From assembly GCA_012295275.1 (NCBI GenBank), contig CM022673.1, forward strand, positions 6,200,001 through 6,264,000: a stretch of DNA of 64,000 nt, written 5' to 3'. Shown here in pieces: positions 1 to 11,206 of the stretch (the stretch's first letter is position 1; each line of letters starts with the position of its first letter). A program made the position numbers and the translations under genes. The DNA is from Chrysomallon squamiferum. Taxonomy: Eukaryota; Animalia; Mollusca. The notes beneath the pieces are model-generated. The model saw only the letters and a list, made by a program, of their open reading frames with translations, had not been told where the DNA came from and made no database searches.

Positions 1-969
1 TATAGTTTTATTACTGAACGAGAAGTATCCAAGGACATTTAATTTTAAGATAAAGACTAAGTTTTTAGGGGCAGTCAATTGAAAATAAGCAGTTGTAAAA
101 AACATCTTTGTCGGCGCGTACACATTCTTAATTTTTCATAATTATATCTTTTACTAATAAAAACCATAAAACCCCAACACATTTAGATATATTTTTGTGG
201 TGTATATTTTGCATCTAGCAAAATGCGTAAGGAATGATGTAATTTATTAATAATGACCATTAGGCAACTAAATATTAATGAATTAATGAATGAATTATTA
301 TTATTATTTGTTTTGTTTTGTTTAAGAAGGTATGGGGAAAGGAGTAGAAACACTGAAATATTTAGTGTAATTATTAAATTAAGAATAAGAAAAATACAAC
401 AATGAATAAGTATTAGCATCAACAACGAAAACAACAACAACAACAATAATAACGAAACAAACAAATAAATAATTACAAAAAAAAAATAATATAAAATAAA
501 AAATAAATAATATTGAAAAAACAACAATAAATTAATATAAAATATAATATGAATATGTAGAAAAAAGAATCTAAAAACTAATAAAAAATCACGACAGAAG
601 AATTAAGAACAAAAAGCTAAATGATGATAATAATAACAAATAAGAAAAAAGATGAATATAGAAAAAACGAGTTGATTATATATATATATACATGATGACT
701 CATAACTAACTACTCGGTGCATTACTGATCTCTAATTTTATAATAAAGGAAAATAAATAAAACACTTTAATTTAACAAACATCAACAGGAATTATAAATA
801 CAAATTCCAAATACAAGCAAATGGATACTGAAAAGTTCATGTACTTTTTAATGCATAAAAAGGTCATGTCATGGCCACTTTAAGCTGTGATATGCTTATC
901 AATTCACTGTATAGTTAAGGCAAGATTTGATTAATAATACCTGAAACCAACTACATTCTTAAAATCATA

Positions 970-1261
970 ACAGCTACGGTTTGATATTGCCACGCAAATT
1001 TTCACACATGCGCACTTTGAAAAGGATGTGAAACTGACACTAGCACTAGCAGACGATCGCCGAAGCCTGACCTAGCACGTGTGAATGAAATGTCATGTGA
1101 TTTATTTGGTTTAGATTTTAATCATCAATGAAGATAATTTGAGGTTGCTATTATTAGTATATTTGTTTTTGGAACTTACAAAAAGTGAAAAGTGAAACTG
1201 ACAAAACTGCTTTCTCCTTGGAAGAGTCATCTTTGACAAACAATTATTTCGAGACTAGGAG
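970..1261 (+). promoter_or_regulatory. Probable CPVL promoter and non-coding first exon
   Basis: Local CpG retention; CACGTG at 1076-1081; GTCATGTGAT at 1092-1101; IRF-like AAAAGTGAAAAGTGAAACTG at 1181-1200; donor GAG|gttagt at 1261/1262. The acceptor just before the ATG (2891) implies an upstream UTR exon. Confidence 0.5.
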
Positions 1262-2903
1262 GTTAGTTTTTAACTTTGGAAATTATTAATATGTTTTTTG
1301 AAAAGTTTGATTCAGGTAAAAATTTAGTTAGGAGACGTGTTCTGTATCAGGTTTGGTAATATGAACAACCATTCACATATTTGTTAGTGTAAACCAGAAA
1401 AAAAAATAAAATAAATGAATAGTAAAATTGTTGATTTTGGAAGTTTAACAATCCGATGTGTGGGTTTCCGAGGCCTCATGGGAATTTCCTTCCGAAGTCA
1501 AAGATGCTGGTGTCAGACGCCGTCAAGCGTTTACAAGCTTTTACAAGCTTTTAAACATATACTCCTTCACAATGCAGTCAATTCTACATGGATTATTGCA
1601 AGTAATTTGAATAACACACATTTGTATATCACACATAATCAGTGCCTCGTACGCTACTTCGCCAAAACTCCATAGCAGATACTCAGATACGACTGTTTAC
1701 ATTGTTCTAAAACAGTATTTGAAACCATCATAATTATGTTTTATATTATTTATTTCCATTTTCAATGCATTAGAAAGCAAACTAATTATCAGTTATTTGG
1801 ATGATTGCCCTGATACATTCTTTACAAAATGTTAATTTTATTTTTTTAAAGATCCGTCAACCGGCCGTATAAAATAATAGGTTCAAAATTATTTTTTCCG
1901 TCTTTTTCTTTAAAACAAAAGCATTTATCTAATGAAACCTGTACAATTACATATCAAAGCAATGAATTTCCTATTTGAATTTTAAAAAAATTGTTGGTCC
2001 ATGTTATTTTTATGTAAAGGCGTAATAAGTTTAATTCCATTATTTTTATGTGCTATTTAGTTAGTTAAAACATAAGCGAATGGGCTTCAGAACTTATAGA
2101 AAATTAAAATTCAATATCATAATGATAATCATTTGTCTATTTCTGATACCAGCACTACACCTCTTGTAAATAAATAGAATACTACTTTGAGGAAACTACA
2201 TTGTGTCAACATACCAACTCTCAATTGGATTAAAATTATTTATTTTGTATGAAATGTACAGACGTTTCTTTAAACCTTATTTATTTATTGAAATAATAAA
2301 GCCTCTGAAACAAACAATTTGTTGGCCTTATTTGTATGACCAGCAGGAAACACATGGTGCATATGATAATGAATAGTCACATGTTTATTTTCTGATTTAC
2401 ATTTAATGTGTTTTATTTTTTTCTTTCTGTGTGTTTTTGTATTGTCATACCAACAACTATTGTATGGTTTGTTATTGATTTAAAGGTATTTTAAACTGCA
2501 AGGATAAATTTTAATACAGATTGTTTTGTTTAAGGGTTTATAATGGAAAAGTAATAATGTTAACTTCAGAATAATTTACTCCAAAATTTATAGAGTAACA
2601 TATGAAAAGTTTCATTATATTTTGGGACAAATGAAGAAATTGTATAGTAAATTCTTATTACTATAATTTATATTTTTAAATACATCTTTTTTACATCTGA
2701 AAAATAATATATTGTACATTTAAATTATATTGTAACATTTCAAAAATATTTTTCTTTTCCTTAAATATCTTTTTGTTTATGGAATCATTTAGATGCTAAG
2801 ATTCACCATTTTATTTAGTAATCATTTTCTTTTATGTGTGTTTTTAAATCTGAATAGTATATCATTAAGCATTATCTGTTTTATTTTGCAGTTTAAAACA
2901 ACA

Positions 2904-3084
2904 ATGATATCAAAGATTCTATGTCTGGCAGTGATGTCTGCTCTATATTTTGAAGTTGGTGAGGGTAGAAATGCTTTCAGACTTATGTTTCCTGAAAAAT
3001 ACCCAGAGATGTTACAAAGTGGAATTGATCCTGGGGAACCATTATTTCTCACCCCATTAATTGAAAAAGGAGAAATTAAAAAAG
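2904..3084 (+). CDS. CPVL: CPVL-like coding exon 1
   Basis: Acceptor ttttgcag ends at 2891, ATG at 2904, MISKILCL...[19 protein letters not shown], donor G|gttagt. Confidence 0.9.
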
Positions 3085-6000
3085 GTTAGTGTCACAAGGT
3101 ATAAAATTTTCTTTATCAGATATTAAATAATATTAAATAATATTAATTTAAATAATGTTTTTTTTTTGTTCAGTTTCAAAACATTTGTTCTTTTATCAAT
3201 CTAACCATTCATTTGTTTGTTCATTCTACCTTTAATTTAGATTACCTTGTATTTTATGTATTATTGTATTATTTGGATATATAATTTTATAAACTATTAA
3301 ATCATAATTTGTTGTTTTGTTTTAGCACGATATTTATCAATGAATCATCTGCCTATAGATATTAGAGGATATTCTGGATTTTTCACTGTAAATAAGACAA
3401 CCAACAGCAATATGTTTTTCTGGTTTTTTCCTTCCCAGGTATTAACATAATATTGAGATTTGCTTGCATGTGATTTTTGTTTTATAAATTTGGTTTCTTT
3501 CCTGATTGAACACTAATTAAAAGCATCAGAATGGAAATAAGAGCATTTTTTTTTCCAAAACAAAAATAATTTAAAGAAAAAGATAAACAAATAATAATTA
3601 TAAAAATATATATATATATATTAGTAATATTAATATTATATATATATACATTTATTTAGACTCACCCAGTCAATGCACCTGTCTTGCTATGGCTGCAAGG
3701 AGGTCCTGGTGGATCCTCATTGTTCGGTCTGTTTGTGGAAAATGGACCACTAGGTGTTGATGCAAATGCAGAGAGTGAGTATAGGTCTTTTTAAAAAAAA
3801 AAGATTAACCAATTTAATATTATTTTAACATGAAAACAGAAAATTTCAGCAACTTGAAGGTTGACTTTTCAATAATTTTCAGACAGTACACAGTTAATAG
3901 TTAGATTCAAGTAAACAATAAAAATTAATAGTTGTATCAGGGGCTAGGAGGTGCAACTAAGATTAAATTGTTTTTCATAAAACAGAAGGGTTAACTATTA
4001 ATTATTCCTTATTTAATTTTTTTTTCTCTTCTTTTTATTCTGCAGCATATCACAGAAATATTACTTGGAATTCCAAATACTCTATGCTGTATATTGATAA
4101 TCCAGTTAGTATTATTTTTTTCTTCAAAAGACAAATGGTTGGCCCAAACTTAGCTACATGGTCCTGTAAAAAAACACCAAAGACAGTAAAAATAAAATAC
4201 CAACAAAATTAATTCAGTTAAGGATGTTTGTACTTTATAATTCATATAATGATTATGGATTTTCAAGCATTTATACTTTGGAAACAATAATTTTTATAAA
4301 AAATTTCATTCAGTGAATGTTGAATAAATTATAAGTTAGGTAATACTTATCTTGCAGATATGAAAAAAAGAAAGAAAAATTTGTATATTATGTTTTTGAC
4401 TTTGTTAATTTATGTAGGTTGGAACTGGATTTAGTTTTACTGAAAAGGATTCAGGTTATGTGACTAATGAAGATGAAGTTGCAAGAGATCTGTACAGGTA
4501 CATTTAATGCTATATAGAAATGACTTTAGTACATTTTATATACATCATTGTTATTATGTTTCTTTCTGTTTGCAAGTCTTTTCTAATAGTAAATCATAAT
4601 AGTAAAAACTTGCAGGTACACACAGGAACTGGAATTTCCCTCTTTTTAATGATGACAGTTGTAAAGAGAAATGTTAAAATACATTAACATATTAGTCTTT
4701 TTGCAGTTTCATTATTTTTTAGTAAAAAAATGGTTTTATTAGTTAACATACATACACACTCAAATATACATATTAAATAAATAAATAAATAAATAAAAAC
4801 GTGAAATTTTAAGATTTTAATTATTTTTCAGTTGTCTGACTCAGTTTTTTACAGTATTTTCTGACTACAGGAAAAATGATTTTTACATTACAGGAGAGGT
4901 AAATAATATATTTTAAAAATATCCAGTATATTCTGAAATAATACACTGCAGCTTTCAGATGTATTAATATTAGTTTAAAATTGATATACAAGTACTTTTG
5001 TCAGCTTATATTAACTTAAATGCAGATCAGTAATTTCAGGATTATTGTTGGTGCTTTTTTTTAATGTTATTGCCTATTCAAGTTTATCAGAGACCTAGAC
5101 ATTTGTTTAAGTCTTACTTTAGATACGGGTTTTTGTACCAACATTGAAATTATAAGACAGACACTAAGAGTTGTTAATCTCTTTATATTACTAATATATG
5201 TTAGGGAATTTTTGCTTTCAGTCGTATGCTGGCAAGTATGTGCCTGCCATATCTTACAAAATCCACAAAGAGAATCCTACAGCAAAGGTTAAAATAAACT
5301 ACAAAGGAATGGCTATAGGAGATGGGCTTTGTGATCCTGTAACAGTGAGTAAAATTACACATACGAACATGCATGCATGTGCACTGGCACAAGCACACAT
5401 ACAAGCACAAATATGTAGATATGCATATAACATTATCTCAGCATTTTGATATGATTAGTTTTATTATTACTTATTATAAGCATTCTTTTTATTTTTTTCC
5501 AGATGATGTCCAAATATGCAAACTTTATGTTCAGTATAGGTGTTTTGGATGAAAACGAGAGAGATTATTTCCAAAAGGAATCTGATTTGGCAGTGGCTGA
5601 AATTAAAGCAGGACATTATATGGCTGCTTTCAAGGTAAACATTTATTGTTAATAATGGTTTTTCATAATGAACTCTAAGTGATAAAAGCTAAATGTAAAA
5701 AACTAATAATTCGAACTGTAATTTTTTATCATGAATCTTGTTAAAATCATTAATTTTATTTTTATCATTAATTGTAATTTGTTGTTTTTTTCAGCAGTTT
5801 TATTAGTGTTGCACTACTGACTGGGTAGCACTAAGAATAATTTTCAAAAGTATCAAACATTTTTGTTGACAGTTGAGAGGAAACCAGAAAACCTGTTTCC
5901 CATAATTTTGATTTTCAGTTTGATAAATGATGTATGTTATCATGTCTCTTTGCTGATAAGTTATCTGTATGAAATTTTTATGTGTCTTTTGTACTCATTT

Positions 6001-9000
6001 TCATTTGAATAATAATCTTTTACATCAGTAACATTTGTCAAAATTTATAAATCTACAATTGATTTTATAGTTCTTTAATAATCCTGTTTTATCTTAAAAT
6101 GGATCATTTTAAACCTTTTATATTCACTAAACTTTTTATCCAAATTTTTGTTTCAGTATTTTAACGAACTTATTTTATCTGGGAATACTTCATTTACAGC
6201 TAAAGTGACTGGTTTGCAGGATTACTATAATTTTCTTAGAACTCAGGTAGACTAAGAGGTGTTTGATTTTCAGTTTGTGTTGTATTTTGTTTGCTATGTA
6301 GACACTACTATTGTCTGCCTAACCCTTTAGTACTTTGAAATATGTTAGCAGTGCAGAGAAATTGGTGTGTGAAACTGTTTTTGACATATAATGGATTTGA
6401 AATCACTTTTACTGAACAGGAAGGTCTCTTCTTAATTTGATAGCTTTGGGGTTTTGTATGGAAAGTTTTCTTGTGTTGTTAATAATTTCTTTGTTAAACA
6501 GTTTGTGATAATTACAAAATCAGAATTGAATGCTCTTTAAAAATGCTGAATCAACCAGTCACCATGGAAGATTACTTTATGTTAATATTCGTTGAATATC
6601 AGAAAATGTGGTCAAAAAGGACACTTTGTTAATCTGAAGATATGGAAAATAAGTGTAAGGATTTCAAGATAAAAGTAAAATGCAAAAGTGATGTAGCTAC
6701 AGCTGGAAGGACAACTGTACAGACAAAGAACTTAGACATCAGACATCTTCTGAAATGTCACTTCTGTATAAAGGACATATTTTGAAATGTGGTATACAGA
6801 GATGTGATTAAATATTCCTATTTTTACTTGCAGTATTTCGATAGACTTCTCAATGGTGATATGACTCCATATCCCCCATACTTCCAGAATGTGACAGGCT
6901 TGAATTTTTATTATAACTTTCTTTACTCCAAGGTAATTGTTACTACTAAATTTAACTTCAGATATATTTTGTATAATTATTAAGAGACCATTTGCAATTT
7001 TTAATCAATGATTTCTTTAATTTTTAATGTAACATTGGATTTTTCAGTTCATTTAAAAATAATATTGTAATTTTATATATGACACAACAATAATCAACAT
7101 AAAAATATATGAATGAAAAAAGAAAATAATAAAATAAAATTTAAAAAGAGAAAAACCAAATTAACCAAATTTTATTATTGTCAGACTATTAATCTTCTCT
7201 GTAATTTCAAAATGCACTGCTATCATAATTTCAAATTTATTAATCTTAACAGTCCAGAAATCTAACACTTCATCTGCATGTGGTATTTTATTATTACTCT
7301 ATACATTTTTATATTCTTTAATTTACTACACCCAAACCTTTTAGGAGAGCACAGTTAATATATGCATTTTCATTTCTATCAATCTACTAAATGAAATTAG
7401 CTTATATTACACATGGATGTACCAAAGTATGTAAGATCTATGTAACTAATTAATTAGCTTACTGTTCTTAACCTTTTTAACAACCTAACCTGTTTATTTA
7501 TTAATGTTGCAGTTTTCTCTTTTAGTCAGTATTCATTGTTGGAATAAAAGTATTTTAATGTTCAGCTGTGAAGGTACAAACAAAAATAGTAAATATATTT
7601 TATAGATTTAAAAATTCTTACATTAGTCCTTGCTAATAATAAAGTATAACAAAGAAGAAGCTGGAGGAGTTGGAATTAATTAGCATTTTTTATCTTTCGG
7701 GATATGTAAGGCAATCATTCATACACTTTTTGCATGTTTACCATTGCCATTTTTGTTGGTCTCTAGTATATATATTTCTGTATATCCTCATAGGCTTGTA
7801 GTATTATTTTCATATTTTATTATTAGCAAGATATACAGGTAATATAAATTAATAAAATAATTACTTGGACATTTACAGAATATATTTAAACTATTTCTTT
7901 CTCCAAACTGATGCAAAGATAATATATATATATAAATATTATAATAATAGATAAATTAGGATACAAACTGTTTTGGGTATTTTTGTTTATAGGTTCATAT
8001 AATTTAATATTTACTATAAATATAATAAGTAAGCAAATCATTAAATAATAATATTTGTATACATAAATGATGGAAGATAAAAAAAAAAAAACGACTAATA
8101 TCTATCAGTCTTTTCAAAATTATAATTTTCTTCTTTATTAGTACTGGTATAGCTTTTTGTCTTCAGTCAAACTAAGTAATAGTCACTACATTTAGGCACC
8201 AGCAGAATTCAGCTACTATGGACACTTTCTAGCCCGACGTGATGTGCGTTGTGCAATCCATGTTGGCAGCTTGAAGTACAATAATGGTGATGAAGTAGAA
8301 AAACATCTGCTCAATGATATGATGCAATCTGTTAAAGACAAAATAGCTGTTATTCTTGACAATTACAAGGTTTGTTTAAAAAAAAAAAAAAAAAATACAT
8401 GCTGATAATATATTATAACTTATGATTTTAGTCCAAAAATAAAGGAACGTACTGTCATTTTTTTTACAAAGAAATGAAAAGTAATAACTATTATTAACTA
8501 CAAGATTCCATTACAGCTAAATATTTGCTTACAAAAGTAAGGTAAACAATATGCAAAGTACATAAAAAAAAGAAAATGGCAGTTTGTGGACATGCTGTGT
8601 CATTGGCATTTTATCAGATTACAACAGATGTATTTTCATCAAAAAAAAAATGTAAACATGGACATACATATTAAGTTCAAACTATTTGTTATTCATACCT
8701 TGATTTTCTATGTATTTTATCTAGTGATATAACATTGTTACTAATCTTGTATATTTCAATGTGTTTTCAGGTTCTGATCTACAATGGACAGCTGGACATC
8801 ATTATTGCTGTACCACTTACTGAGTCCTGGCTGCAAACTGTCCAGTGGTCAGGGCTGGAACAGTACAAGAAAGCCCCCAAGATCATATGGAAAATTCACC
8901 CACATGATGTGGATGTCGCTGGTTATGTAAGAAATGTGAAACATTTCTGTCAGGTAAAACCAGCACTACCTTTTTGTTATTTGAATTAGTGTTAATTGCT

Positions 9001-9601
9001 TCAGATACTTTTTTTTTTTTTTTTTCTTTTTCTATTATTTCTCTTTAAAAAGGTATGAAATAGCATTTTATCATTTAATTTGTGTTTTTTTGTCATTTGA
9101 TTTAAAAATATACCATTTTGTTTTTATAATAAGTAAATATTATTATTCATCTGTAATTATATTAATTTTATAAATTAAAATTGTGGACAAATTCCAGGTT
9201 TGAAATGATGTGTTTTTATTTGCCATGATATAGTTTCAGAGAAAGAAAGAAATATTTTAATTTGTGAATCAAAAAAACGTCATTTGAGAGATCATTATTA
9301 AAAGAAATTGCAGTTTTTATTCTCACATTTAGTAAAATATATATTTTTTAGACCTTTATATTAATTTGTTTTGAAATAAAGCTGTATTCAGGACAAACCT
9401 AGGCATGCTCCTTGTGTGTGCTAGACATAAAAAGTCTTTAACTCTATTTTAGTGATGTTATTGTACATGAACTTAGTTTTCTTATACTGAAAATTATATT
9501 TCTTTCTGCAGGTTATTGTGAGAGGGGCTGGACATATTCTTCCCTATGACCAGCCTGAACGAGGAATGGATATGATTCAGAGATTTATTGAAAATCGTTA
9601 A
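2904..9601 (+). CDS. CPVL: Serine carboxypeptidase CPVL-like (peptidase S10), multi-exon gene; 471 aa with exon 9b or 468 aa with exon 9a
   Basis: Hand-spliced GT-AG exons with consistent phases: 2904-3084, 3326-3438, 3660-3774, 4046-4104, 4418-4497, 4832-4898, 5222-5344, 5503-5634, [6157-6246 or 6834-6932], 8196-8369, 8771-8953, 9512-9601. N-terminal signal-like [15 protein letters not shown]10 motifs: [40 protein letters not shown], catalytic Ser in GESYAG, Asp in YNGQLDII, His in [11 protein letters not shown]. The N-terminal [13 protein letters not shown] is typical of CPVL. Confidence 0.95.
3326..3438 (+). CDS. CPVL: CPVL-like coding exon 2
   Basis: [42 protein letters not shown] bounded. 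Confidence 0.93.
3660..3774 (+). CDS. CPVL: CPVL-like coding exon 3
   Basis: [38 protein letters not shown], donor gtgagt. Confidence 0.95.
4046..4104 (+). CDS. CPVL: CPVL-like coding exon 4
   Basis: [23 protein letters not shown] bounded. Confidence 0.93.
4418..4497 (+). CDS. CPVL: CPVL-like coding exon 5
   Basis: [30 protein letters not shown] bounded. Confidence 0.95.
4832..4898 (+). CDS. CPVL: CPVL-like coding exon 6
   Basis: [26 protein letters not shown] bounded. Confidence 0.95.
5222..5344 (+). CDS. CPVL: CPVL-like coding exon 7 (catalytic Ser)
   Basis: [41 protein letters not shown], donor gtgagt. Confidence 0.96.
5503..5634 (+). CDS. CPVL: CPVL-like coding exon 8
   Basis: [44 protein letters not shown], phase 0-0. 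Confidence 0.92.
6157..6246 (+). CDS. CPVL: CPVL-like alternative exon 9a (duplicate, probably mutually exclusive with 9b)
   Basis: tttttgtttcag|TAT...CAG|gtagac, 90 nt, stop-free, [30 protein letters not shown]; homologous to exon 9b. Confidence 0.8.
6834..6932 (+). CDS. CPVL: CPVL-like alternative exon 9b (closer to canonical CPVL)
   Basis: tttttacttgcag|TAT...AAG|gtaatt, 99 nt, [33 protein letters not shown]; resembles the vertebrate CPVL LLDGDLT..SYFQNVTG..YYNFL segment (from memory). Confidence 0.92.
7481..7643 (+). pseudogene. Possible decayed duplicate (pseudo-exon) of CPVL exon 10
   Basis: Fragmentary similarity by eye: QPNLFIY*..FL vs [12 protein letters not shown]; attcattgttgga vs atccatgttggc; ends LVLANNK|gt vs VILDNYK|gt. 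The IH-to-donor distance is 113 nt here vs 114 nt in exon 10. Frameshifts and stops are present. Confidence 0.35.
8196..8369 (+). CDS. CPVL: CPVL-like coding exon 10
   Basis: [58 protein letters not shown], phase 0-0. Confidence 0.92.
8771..8953 (+). CDS. CPVL: CPVL-like coding exon 11 (catalytic Asp)
   Basis: [28 protein letters not shown]...[13 protein letters not shown]. Confidence 0.95.
9512..9601 (+). CDS. CPVL: CPVL-like last coding exon (catalytic His)
   Basis: [29 protein letters not shown]-stop (TAA 9599-9601). Confidence 0.93.
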   Translation, partial: VIVRGAGHILPYDQPERGMDMIQRFIENR

Positions 9602-11025
9602 GTTATGTTTCAGACAGTTTGTCTATATATTAGATAATCTAATTTCTATTCAGTTTTTGTATTTGTTTTCTATGTAGTTTCTCACAAAACATGAAAATTA
9701 GGGAATATAATTTTTTTTTATTTTTTTATTTCTTGGTATAATGTATAATTTTATAGGCGTGCTATCATTTTTCTTATGTTTCTTTACAGGGATAATAAAT
9801 GTATTGCATCCCTATGAGTAAATTAAAACTATATTTTGGCTACAGAGTCAAATGGCAAAATTTTATGTTTTTGTTTTTAAAAAGATCATATTTTTGATGG
9901 ATGTAATTCTTAGATCAGCTTTTAAGACAGTAAAAATGTTTGTAGATATTTTTATACTTTATATTACTTTAATTAAACTTTTAAAGTATTAAAATAGATA
10001 TAACAAAATTAATTTTCTATAGTGTAGTTACAGTATACAAATATTAAATGTTTTTGTCATATTAGATATTTAAACAATTTATAAAGGAGCAGATTTTATG
10101 TACAAAATGATTTTAGATAATTTAAGCCATGTTATTGTTGAACATATATTTAAATACAATAGACCTACTTGTTTAATTTTATATTATTTTTTTTCTCACA
10201 TTGGTTTTCCTAATATGTTGAAATGACTAGTATTTAAAATTAATGATAATATAATTGTTTGCTTTTAAAGTTTAACTACTATTATTATTATTAGCTGAAT
10301 ACATGGTTTAAAAAAAAATCTGAGATACATCTCCACTGATCTTGTTGTTTATACATTTTGTTTGTATGTGAATAAAATTAAAATTGTTGTAAACTTTATA
10401 GTCAATATATTAAATGAATAATGTATATGTGCATAAATACATATCTTTATTTAGTTTGTATTTTATTTTTTCACAATACATATCAGCTCAATTGCAGTAT
10501 TAACTGCTATAATTAAACTTCTTTTATCAGCAGAAAAATAAATATAATGAATAACAGTTTTGTCCATTTTATTATATTTTTTCTTCTCAAATATAATAAA
10601 AATGAATTTGCCAATTGTACATGTAAATTTTTATTAATAATTTCATTATTATTTAGTTTGCATGTGGTAATTAATGACCAATTCTTCACAGAGTAACAAA
10701 CATATCTTTTATATAGATATATATTTCTAATTTGTTCTAGACCTCCATCTTTGCTGACATTATACTATAACCATCATATATTATTAAGTTTACACACATG
10801 CACAGAGGCTATAATTTCCCTTTGTATCAAAGTCACTTCACTCAAGTTATTCCTGTTACACCAACACCTGAATTATATTACCAGCTGAGCAGATTCAAGT
10901 AGGACTTTCTGAACTCCGTACACTGTATATCTGTACATTCATAGAGTATATATTCTGCTATCAGGACTGAACTTGGAAAATAGACTGGATTCGCTACATT
11001 TACATAGTGCTATCTTGATGAAATA

Positions 11026-11206
11026 TTAGAGTGTTTTCACTCCGTTCTCCTGATTTTTCTTCCCTTCTGTTTCACACTTCTGCTTCTTTTTAGGCCTCTT
11101 GTTTTGCTGACTATTGCCAGCACTTTTTGACTTAGGTCTTTGTGTAGTTTTCTTTTTCTCTATAGACTCAGACCACAGGGCATCTAACGAACCAGGACAC
11201 TGAAAT
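11026..11206 (-). CDS. RPP25L: RPP25-like last coding exon (basic tail)
   Basis: FQCPGSLDALWSESIEKKKTTQRPKSKSAGNSQQNKRPKKKQKCETEGKKNQENGVKTL-stop. Confidence 0.88.

Noticed and set aside
4616-4680. GGAACTGGA 9-mer shared with CPVL exon 5, suggesting another duplicated exon
   Set aside because: Similarity does not extend beyond about 12 nt and there is no matching donor or frame.
5919-5998. Possible third, decayed copy of exon 9 (ttttcag|TTT GAT AAA TGA ... tgaaatttttat..tactca)
   Set aside because: Immediate stop, no donor, and the similarity is explainable by AT-rich composition.
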